The notes under the pieces: generated by a model | The model's database searches: none | The model's input: the letters and a program-made list of their open reading frames with translations, nothing else | Told to the model about the DNA's origin: nothing | Origin: Thermodesulfobacteriota bacterium | Lineage (GTDB): Bacteria; Desulfobacterota; Desulfarculia; JACQYL01 | Direction of reading: 5' to 3' | Assembly (NCBI GenBank): GCA_963675595.2 | Contig: CAXXLZ010000002.1 | Span: forward strand, 352,001-416,000 | Length of the DNA stretch: 64,000 bases | Part shown: positions 8,170 to 16,053 of the stretch, piece by piece | Position numbering within the stretch: the stretch's first letter is position 1 | Layout: each line of letters begins with the position of its first letter | Made by a program: the position numbers and the translations under genes

Positions 8170-9549
8170 ATGACGGATCATGAGAAGCGAGAGGTAGTCC
8201 GAGCCCAGCTGAAGAAGGAAGGCATCGAGTTTATCCTCGCCCAGTTCGTGGACATCCACGGCGGGCCCAAAGTGAAACAGGTTCCCGTGGAATGCTTCGA
8301 CGACATTCTTGACGGCGGAGCGGGCTTTGCCGGCGCCGCGGTTTGGGGCGTGGGCCAGGGACCCGAAAGCCACGATCTCATGGCGAGAGCCGACATCGAA
8401 ACCTTCAAGCAACTCCCCTGGAGACCCAACGTCGCCATCGTCAATTGCGATCTCTTCGTCGATGATCAGCCTTGGGGGTTCTGTCCCAGAACCAACCTCA
8501 AGCGGATGTTGGACGTCTTTGCGAAGGAAGGCTACCTCTATAACGGCGGGTTCGAGCCCGAGCATTTCCTCGTGATGCGCAATCCCGACGGTTCCATCCG
8601 GGCTTGGGACCCTCTGGGAATCGACACACTGGCCAAACCTTGCTACGACTTCAGGGGCATGTGCCAGGCCATGGACTACCTGCAGGACATTATCCGCTAC
8701 GGCAATCAGTTGGGGTTTGAAATTTATCAGAGCGATCATGAGGACGCCAACGGCCAGTACGAGGTCAACTTCGGGTGGACGGACATCCTTCACGCCGCGG
8801 ACCGGTTGGTGCTGTTCCGGATGTTGGCCGGACAGATGGCCGTGAAATACGGCGCCACATGCACTTTCATGGCCAAGCCCTTCGCCGACAAGACGGGCTC
8901 CGCCGCGCATCTGCACTTCCATGTGGCCGACGTCAACACGGGCGCCAACCTCTTCCCCATGAAGCCCGGCGAAAAAGACTGGAAAGGCATGGGTCTTTCC
9001 AAGACCGCAATCCACTTCGTGGGTGGTCTGCTCAAGCATATCCGGGCCATCACGGCTGTTTCATCACCCCTAATCAACTGCTACCGCCGGATTCAGAGCG
9101 GCGAATTCGTTTACTCCTCCACCTCCGGTCACACCTGGACGCCCTCCATGGCCTCTTACGGGGACAACAACCGGACTCAGCTCTACCGCGGACCGGACGA
9201 CAAACGTTTCGAAGACCGCTCTCCCTCCGCAATGGTCAATCCGTACCTCCTGGGCGCGGTGCACATCGCGGCGGGTCTGGACGGAATCAAGAACGAAATC
9301 GATCCGGGCGACCCCATCATCTCCGAGAACGTGTGGAACCTGAGCATCGAACAGCGGAAGCAACGCGGCATGATCCTTCTTCCCCAAAACCTCTTGGAAG
9401 CCGTCGAGGAACTGGAAAAGGACGAGGTGGTGTGTTCCGCTCTGGGCCCCATTGCCGACGAGTACATCAAGCTGAAAAAGGGCGAGTGGGGAGCCTTTAT
9501 GAAGCACGTCACCCGGTGGGAAACCGATCGTTACCTGACCTTCATCTAA
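8170..9549 (+). CDS. GlnT-type glutamate-ammonia ligase / gamma-glutamylmethylamide synthetase (GmaS)-like
   Basis: AQFVDIHG, GAGFAG, QLPW, GFEPEHF, DHEDANGQYEVNF, TFMAKPF, YGDNNRT, RFEDR; ATG 8170 follows a ggggagga RBS (track start 8134). Confidence 0.85.
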   Translation: MTDHEKREVVRAQLKKEGIEFILAQFVDIHGGPKVKQVPVECFDDILDGGAGFAGAAVWGVGQGPESHDLMARADIETFKQLPWRPNVAIVNCDLFVDDQPWGFCPRTNLKRMLDVFAKEGYLYNGGFEPEHFLVMRNPDGSIRAWDPLGIDTLAKPCYDFRGMCQAMDYLQDIIRYGNQLGFEIYQSDHEDANGQYEVNFGWTDILHAADRLVLFRMLAGQMAVKYGATCTFMAKPFADKTGSAAHLHFHVADVNTGANLFPMKPGEKDWKGMGLSKTAIHFVGGLLKHIRAITAVSSPLINCYRRIQSGEFVYSSTSGHTWTPSMASYGDNNRTQLYRGPDDKRFEDRSPSAMVNPYLLGAVHIAAGLDGIKNEIDPGDPIISENVWNLSIEQRKQRGMILLPQNLLEAVEELEKDEVVCSALGPIADEYIKLKKGEWGAFMKHVTRWETDRYLTFI

Positions 9550-9565
9550 GCCGTCCGCATTAAAG

Positions 9566-9607
9566 AAAACAGGGGGAACCTTTTGGCAAGGTTCCCCCTG
9601 TTTTTTT
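9566..9607. terminator. Bidirectional intrinsic terminator / REP-like palindrome
   Basis: aaaacagggggaacctt-ttggc-aaggttccccctgtttttt between convergent genes. Confidence 0.8.
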
Positions 9608-9647
9608 CGGCCGCCCGTGCACAACGGGGCGGCTCAATCAACCGGTC

Positions 9648-11144
9648 TTACGCCGAGGCCTTGCACACCGCCTCGATGGCCGCGGCCATGGCCTCATCCT
9701 CACGACGGATGTCGTCCAGGGTCTTGGCCAACACTTCCTTCGGTCTTTCTTCCAGGCCGTATTTCCACTTGAGGAACTTCTCTCCGGTGGTGGGATACAA
9801 GGCCACGATCAGAAGATCGTAGTCGTCCTTGGCCAAGTCTTTGTATTTTTCCCGGATACCGTCCAGTTCGGGGTCCAGGTAGTCGGCCGCACGGCCGGTC
9901 ACCGGCTCCTGACCTCGCTTGTACCCTTTCAGCACGATCTTCTGCACTTCGGGATCGATGGCCGTGGGGGTCTTGCCGTACAACCCAAACACCAAGTCCT
10001 TCACCTGATTGGTAACCATCTTGTATTTGCCGAACAGCACGTTGAGCACGGCCTGCACGCCCACGATCTGAGACGTGGGGGTGACCAAGGGCGGCGTCCC
10101 CAATTCCTTGCGCGTCTTGGGCACTTCCGCGTAAACCTCGTCGATCCTGTGCAGGGCTTTGGCTTCCTTGAGCTGGCCCACGAGATTCGAGATCATGCCT
10201 CCGGGCACCTGGTGCACCAGCACGCCCGTATCGATGATGGACATCTTGTGTTTGGACAGGTAGTCCCGGTACTTGGGCGCCACGGATTCCATGTGTTCGC
10301 CCATCTCGAGCAGCGCATTGAGATCCAACCCAGTGTCACGGTCCGTGCCGGCCAGAGTGGCCACGATGGGTTCCACTGCGGGCTGGGAGGTACGCAGCGC
10401 GAAAGGCGCCAGGCAGGTGTCCACAATGTCCACGCCCGCCTGAATGGCCTCAAGGTACGCCATGGAAGCCATGCCGCTGGTGTAATGCGTATGCAGATGG
10501 ATGGGAATGGTGATGGTCTTTTTCAACTCGGTAACCAGCCGCCGGATGTCCAGAGGAGCCATGATGCCCGCCATGTCCTTGATGCACAGCGTGTCCGCTC
10601 CCATGTCCTGAAGCTCTTTGGCTTTGGTCAGGTAGTATTCCATGTTGAACACATCGCCGCCCATGCGGCGTTCGGTGAGGGAATAGCAGATCACCGCTTC
10701 GAAGGTCTTTCCATTGGCCTTGACCCGCTCCACCGCGGTTTCAAAGTTCCGGAAGTCGTTCAGGGCGTCGAACACCCGAAATACGTCGATTCCCACTTCG
10801 GCGGCCTTGTCCACGAACAGCCTTACCACGTCGTCCGCGTAGTTCCGGTAACCCACCAGATTCTGTCCGCGGAGCAGCATGGAAAACGGGGTCTTTTTGA
10901 TGTACTGCTTGAGGGTCTTGACCCGCTCGAACGGATCCTCGCCCAGGAAGCGATGCATGGTATCAAAGGTGGCTCCGCCCCAAACTTCCATGGCCCAGAA
11001 GCCCATGTCGTCCATGCGTTCCGCGATGGGCAGCATATCCTCGGTTCTCATGCGCGTGGCCAACAAAGATTGGTGGCCGTCCCTGAAAGTATTATCTTGG
11101 ATCTTAAGGGGATTCTTGGGTCCCCCTTCCATGAATTCGTTCAT
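9648..11144 (-). CDS. Carboxyltransferase subunit (pyruvate carboxylase B / oxaloacetate decarboxylase alpha / transcarboxylase 5S-like) without biotinyl domain
   Basis: DNTFRDGHQSLLATRMRTEDM, EVWGGATFD, MLLRGQNLVGYRNY, CIKDMAG, HLHTHYTSG, HQVPGGMISN, PLVTPTSQIVG; no AMKM motif. Confidence 0.92.
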   Translation of the reverse strand: MNEFMEGGPKNPLKIQDNTFRDGHQSLLATRMRTEDMLPIAERMDDMGFWAMEVWGGATFDTMHRFLGEDPFERVKTLKQYIKKTPFSMLLRGQNLVGYRNYADDVVRLFVDKAAEVGIDVFRVFDALNDFRNFETAVERVKANGKTFEAVICYSLTERRMGGDVFNMEYYLTKAKELQDMGADTLCIKDMAGIMAPLDIRRLVTELKKTITIPIHLHTHYTSGMASMAYLEAIQAGVDIVDTCLAPFALRTSQPAVEPIVATLAGTDRDTGLDLNALLEMGEHMESVAPKYRDYLSKHKMSIIDTGVLVHQVPGGMISNLVGQLKEAKALHRIDEVYAEVPKTRKELGTPPLVTPTSQIVGVQAVLNVLFGKYKMVTNQVKDLVFGLYGKTPTAIDPEVQKIVLKGYKRGQEPVTGRAADYLDPELDGIREKYKDLAKDDYDLLIVALYPTTGEKFLKWKYGLEERPKEVLAKTLDDIRREDEAMAAAIEAVCKASA

Positions 11145-11172
11145 AAGTTTCCTCCATCATTGGTGGTTGTAT

Positions 11173-12090
11173 TCATCGACTGCGCCTCCCCCAGTGGTAA
11201 CGGTCGGCGATATGTTTAATCCGGGCGTTCAGGTTCAGTAAATAAGCGGCCTCCATTTGCTTGGGACCGGGCAAAGGATCATATTCCTCCTCCTTTACCA
11301 TTGCCGCCACACGGGCAGTGTCTCCATCCTCTGCGAGAAGCAGTTCCTCGAGTCGCGCGCGAAACGTCTTTGCGGAAGCAATGGATCGCGCGAGATAACT
11401 CGACGCGTCCTCGTCCACATGAACGAAAAGATGTCCCTGGCAGCAGATGTCCACTTCCAGGGCGGACAGTCTCTTCAGCGAATCGAGATAAGCGTCGAAA
11501 TCGACGAGGAACTCCGTAAAGATATGGCCCGACATGTCCGCACAGCCGACGGCCTCCGACGCCACCAGTATTTTCCTTTCCGGCACGTAGTAGCTCAGAA
11601 AGTCCCATGTGTGTCCCGGGGTCTCCAGGACCTCTACGGTGACGTTTTCCCCGACGGGAATTCTTCGACCTTCCGACAGGATCATGTCTATGTCGAAAGT
11701 CTCGAAAAGTTCGGAAGTAAGCCGGTCTTTGCTTACCCCCAATTCCATTGAAGCCGCCTGGATATTCAGGTCCCGGATCAACCTGATTGCATTGGGCCTT
11801 TTCAGAATCTCCGCGGCCCTTGCGGACGCGGCGATTTTGAGGCTCGGAAAAACGTTCTTAAGGTGTGCCGCCGCGCCGCAGTGATCGAAATGAGCATGCG
11901 TCAGCACGAGAATTTCAGGGGGGCGATCGCTCAATACCTCCCGAATCGCCTCCTCGTATATTCGGCCGAGACAAGTGAAACCCGCATCGAAGAGCACCGG
12001 GTGATCTCCGTCCAACAGATAGACGGGTACCCCGGGGACTCCCAAAGCGTAAAAGTCACCCCGGACACGTCCTGTCCTTTGAAAAACCAA
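11173..12090 (-). CDS. MBL-fold metallo-hydrolase
   Basis: LTHAHFDHCG (HxHxDH), TPGHT, CQGH. Confidence 0.88.
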   Translation of the reverse strand: MVFQRTGRVRGDFYALGVPGVPVYLLDGDHPVLFDAGFTCLGRIYEEAIREVLSDRPPEILVLTHAHFDHCGAAAHLKNVFPSLKIAASARAAEILKRPNAIRLIRDLNIQAASMELGVSKDRLTSELFETFDIDMILSEGRRIPVGENVTVEVLETPGHTWDFLSYYVPERKILVASEAVGCADMSGHIFTEFLVDFDAYLDSLKRLSALEVDICCQGHLFVHVDEDASSYLARSIASAKTFRARLEELLLAEDGDTARVAAMVKEEEYDPLPGPKQMEAAYLLNLNARIKHIADRYHWGRRSR

Positions 12091-12523
12091 TCTTTGCTCC
12101 CGGGCGAAATCCTATACTACGGAAGGGAGTACTACGGTGTTCTGAGGCGCCGTATCTTCACGGCATTCCGTCAAAACCGGATCCCAACTCTGGTTCACCA
12201 AGTACCGGACCGCAGAATACTCTCCAAACCCGCCCACTGTCAACTCGAACAGGAATGTCACGAATACGCGGAGTGCGGGTCCGGGTTCAGGTCCGTGAAC
12301 CATGACGCCCGATCTCAGGCCCTCCTCGGAACCTCGTTTCCTTCGAAACAGGCAGGTCACATGGCCACCGGGATGGATAGAAAGAAAGCCGGGCAACGTT
12401 CCGCAAGTATTGTCGCTTTTTTCTAAAGAAATAACAAATACGATGAATTTGTGTTAAGCTATGATTCAATATCGCATTCAACAGGCGAGTTGCTCCTTCG
12501 GAAGCGGGATATTGGGAGAACAA

Positions 12524-13564
12524 ATGCGGAATTGCGACGAACCTCATATTCAAGTGTTCATGGACCAGAACAACAAGTGCAACCTAACATGTCGCATGTG
12601 CGGTTTCAGCGACCCGAGGGTCAAGGAACTTCCCAAATACGACATGCCCATGGAGCTGTTCCGAAAGATCGCCGAAGAAGTGTTTCCGCACGCGGAATAC
12701 CTGGCGCTGTCCTGCCTCACGGAACCCCTGATGACCCGGGACTTTCCCCGACGATTGGATTTGCTGGGTCAGTTCAACGTGCCCTTCGTGGAAGTCGTCA
12801 CCAACGCGATGCTCCTCACGGAAACCGTGGCGCACGCCGTCATCGACGCTCCCGTCTCCCGGCCGGCGGTTTCGTTGGACGGGGCTTCGGCCGGCGTTTA
12901 CGAGAAAATTCGCTGCGGATCCAGTTTTGAAAAAGTCCTTTCCAACCTCCGCACCTTCAACCGATTGAAATCCCGGTGGGGGAACGGGCATCCTCAACTG
13001 CGCCTCAACCACGTGCTCACCGAGTTCAACATCCGTGAGTTCGGGGCATTCCTTCAATTGGCCGAGTCGTTGGGGGTCCAATGTATCGACGTCCGCACCG
13101 TGATCCCTTTTCACAACGCCGCCTACCCTGGAAACGGCGACCAAGCCTTCTTCCGGGAAGTCCGCAAATGCCGTGCGCTTCTGGCCCATTGGGTCCAGAA
13201 GACCGGTGTGGAAGACGTTGGGTATCTTAGAGAGCGGCCCGAAGAAATCCGTCCGGAAGATGAGGCCGGGCAAGAACTCACCTGCCGTCAGCCCTGGAAA
13301 TCCCTGGCCATCCATCCCAACGGCGACGCCCAACCCTGCATCACCTGGTCTCGGGCTCCCCTGGGAAACTTCTGTCTGCAAACATTCGAGGAAATCTGGG
13401 AAGGAGAAGCCCTGAAGCAGATCCGCCGTGAATTCGAACTGCGCAAACCCGGACCGAATTGCCTTCACTGCACCGTCCGAAAAAACGAACCGTCGGACCG
13501 GGACGATGATTGCTTTTTCAGGATGTTGTCAAAGCGTCTTCCCAAAGACTGCACATCACACTGA
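12524..13564 (+). CDS. Radical SAM / SPASM-twitch domain protein
   Basis: CNLTCRMC, EPLM, VSLDG, C-terminal CRQPW...GDAQPC...CLHC; ATG 12524 follows a gggag RBS (track start 12461). Confidence 0.88.
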   Translation: MRNCDEPHIQVFMDQNNKCNLTCRMCGFSDPRVKELPKYDMPMELFRKIAEEVFPHAEYLALSCLTEPLMTRDFPRRLDLLGQFNVPFVEVVTNAMLLTETVAHAVIDAPVSRPAVSLDGASAGVYEKIRCGSSFEKVLSNLRTFNRLKSRWGNGHPQLRLNHVLTEFNIREFGAFLQLAESLGVQCIDVRTVIPFHNAAYPGNGDQAFFREVRKCRALLAHWVQKTGVEDVGYLRERPEEIRPEDEAGQELTCRQPWKSLAIHPNGDAQPCITWSRAPLGNFCLQTFEEIWEGEALKQIRREFELRKPGPNCLHCTVRKNEPSDRDDDCFFRMLSKRLPKDCTSH

Positions 13565-13859
13565 CTCCGAAATGAAGGCCTCGATCCGACGCCGTTTCGG
13601 GCTCGGAACGACGAGCAACATTCTCACCCGCCGCATCGGAACCCCAAGAGCGCGGAAATGGAGCGTCTCCGTACACGGGTTATCCTGCGGGGCCGTCGGA
13701 AGACCGGGCCGGTTTCATTCAAGACACCAATGCTCCTCTTGAACCCGATGTCCTACATGCTATGATCAGCCGATAAGAGATCGATTTTGCATTTACCATC
13801 GGCGCATTCATCATAATCCGCCGACGGGGAGTCCCATCCTTACGCGAAATGGAAGCTCC

Positions 13860-14954
13860 ATGCGATCCTCGACTAAGTTGTCGATCCTTTTAGGAATGCT
13901 TTTCGCGTTCCACTGGACTACGACCGGCGCTGAAATCTTCTCCGGCATCTGGAAACCGGCCGATCAAAGCTACAACTTCTACATCCAATCCTATGACACG
14001 GGTTCCACGCTCATCATCGCGTCGGACGGTGCCGACGGATGGTATGTGTTCCTCTATCCGGAAGGGACGGAAAACACCACATTGCCCGAACTGCTGGGCA
14101 GGAATGCTTCACTCGCCATACGCTTCCTCTCCGATGTGCAGGCATCGGCGATCCTCACCGTCGGCGGCATGCCGACGGCCTACGACATCGAGAAGACCTT
14201 CACCGGAGATTGTCGTTCGGCGGGGGACTATGAGAAGCCGTCGGTACTCTTCTTCGCCGCCCATCCCGACGATGAACTCCTTATTGCCCCCTATTTGGGC
14301 AAGCTTTGCGTGGAGGATCGAATGTCCTGCACGTTCGCCGTGCTGAGCCGGGGAGAAAGCGGCCCTTGTCGCCTTGAACAGGGCTGCCTTCCGGACGTGG
14401 GGACCGTCCGAAGTCTGGAACTGATGAATTCGGCGCGCGTGTTCAATGCGGAACTGATCCACTGGGACTTGGGGAATCCTCCGGAAGAGTCTCCCGAAAC
14501 CACCCTGGACTATTGGGCGGCCCGAGCCGGGGACCGGGATTCATTGGAATCTCTGGTGGCCCACGTCCTGAGGATCACGGACCCGGAACTCATCATTACT
14601 TTTGATCCGAGCCACGGCTCCACGGGCCATCCGGACCATCGAGCGGCCGCCATGCTCCTGTTGGACGTTCTCGAAGACATGGACCAAATGCAGCCCAAGG
14701 TACTCTTTATCGAGACGGCCATTCGCGGCGGGCTGGACCACACATTCAGAGGTTTTGAGCAAGCGCCGTCTCAAGGGGACTGCATCAGCTTCGACGCGAC
14801 CCAACAGCTGCAAAGCATCGCCGGCGAGGCATGGGACTACGAATCCCTGTGTGCGGCGCAATACCCCAGCCAGATCGACGAGGAATTGTACCAAGCCATC
14901 GTGGACACGCCGGATGATGGAAAGACGTTCTATTTTCTCGAGTACCGGGATTAG
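13860..14954 (+). CDS. Secreted PIG-L family deacetylase with uncharacterised N-terminal module
   Basis: Signal-like N-terminus; AHPDDE, SRGE, R..E, GHPDH, YPSQ motifs. Confidence 0.82.
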   Translation: MRSSTKLSILLGMLFAFHWTTTGAEIFSGIWKPADQSYNFYIQSYDTGSTLIIASDGADGWYVFLYPEGTENTTLPELLGRNASLAIRFLSDVQASAILTVGGMPTAYDIEKTFTGDCRSAGDYEKPSVLFFAAHPDDELLIAPYLGKLCVEDRMSCTFAVLSRGESGPCRLEQGCLPDVGTVRSLELMNSARVFNAELIHWDLGNPPEESPETTLDYWAARAGDRDSLESLVAHVLRITDPELIITFDPSHGSTGHPDHRAAAMLLLDVLEDMDQMQPKVLFIETAIRGGLDHTFRGFEQAPSQGDCISFDATQQLQSIAGEAWDYESLCAAQYPSQIDEELYQAIVDTPDDGKTFYFLEYRD

Positions 14955-15192
14955 GTGCGTGCCTTGCGGTCTTTTTTCATATTCATTTTCAGGACCGCCG
15001 GAGGACCCATGTTCCCCCGTACCCCCTTGATGCGGGCTTCGTCGCGCTGAAGCGTGACGAAACCGAAGCAGGGAATTTCTTTGCCGATTCGGCAGAGGAA
15101 AGAAACGCTGGAAATCAGTGAGGAAAGCTGTTCCTTCCTCGGCCTCTCCGCCAAAGGCGGTGAGGCCTGCTTGAAACGTTTACAGGGGGGCG

Positions 15193-15226
15193 CACGGGGG
15201 GAATTTTTTCAAAAATTCCCCCCGTG
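15193..15226. repeat. Perfect palindrome, REP-like / terminator
   Basis: cacggggggaattttt-tc-aaaaattccccccgtg (16-2-16) between convergent genes. Confidence 0.75.
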
Positions 15227-15252
15227 AATGATTGCCTCTTTTCCGCTTTGCT

Positions 15253-15930
15253 TCACCCGCGGTACCAGCGAGCGAGAAGCGCGGGGTCGGCGCCCAGCAG
15301 GTAGGCCAGTATGATCCGCTGGTTCAACAGGGTGGTGCGGAAGACTCCCAGGCGCAGCCAACGCCGAGCGGAAGTGCGCACCTGCGCGGGAAGAGTCACC
15401 ACTCGCCCTTCCCGTTTCAGTCTTCGCGCCAGTTCGAAATCCTCCATCAAAGCCTGAACCGGAAAGCCGCCCAAACGCCTGAAGGTTTCCGCACGTAGAA
15501 AAATCCCCTGGTCCCCATAGGGCATCCGCATCAAGGTGCTTCTCAGGTTCGTCATGAATTCCACGGCCCGGAACCGGGCCCCCCGGGCTTCGATACGCAA
15601 GCGAAAGGCCCCGGCGACGACTCCCGGACGGGCCGCCGTGGACCGGATCATGTGTTCGAACCCCACGGGCGGCAAAGTGTCCGCGTGCAGGAACAGCAGC
15701 GTGCGTCCCGAGGCCTCCGAGGCGCCCCGGTTCATCTGTAGGGCCTTTCCCCGTGGGCAACGGACCACGCGCACGCCCGAGTTTAGGGCGATCTCCACGG
15801 TCCGGTCCCGGCTTCCTCCATCCGCCACGACGACTTCCACGTCGGGCGTGCGCGGCAAACGCGCCAGAGTACGCCCCAAACAGGCTTCCTCGTTCAAGGT
15901 CGGTATGATGACGGAGAGTGTATTGTTCAC
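15253..15930 (-). CDS. Glycosyltransferase family 2, TIGR04283-like (rSAM/selenodomain-associated)
   Basis: SVIIPTLNEE, ADGGSRD, LFLHADT, PYGDQGIF, LMED, TSARRW...RTTLLN. Confidence 0.85.
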   Translation of the reverse strand: MNNTLSVIIPTLNEEACLGRTLARLPRTPDVEVVVADGGSRDRTVEIALNSGVRVVRCPRGKALQMNRGASEASGRTLLFLHADTLPPVGFEHMIRSTAARPGVVAGAFRLRIEARGARFRAVEFMTNLRSTLMRMPYGDQGIFLRAETFRRLGGFPVQALMEDFELARRLKREGRVVTLPAQVRTSARRWLRLGVFRTTLLNQRIILAYLLGADPALLARWYRG

Positions 15931-16053
15931 AGGTTGTCGGAAAGACGGCGATGTAGACCGTGACGGTGGAACTGCCCATGCCTGAACAGAAGCGACATGT
16001 TCAGGTCCGCCGGTTCGGTGGCTGGGAGAAGGTATGTACCCCGGCAGGTTCTC

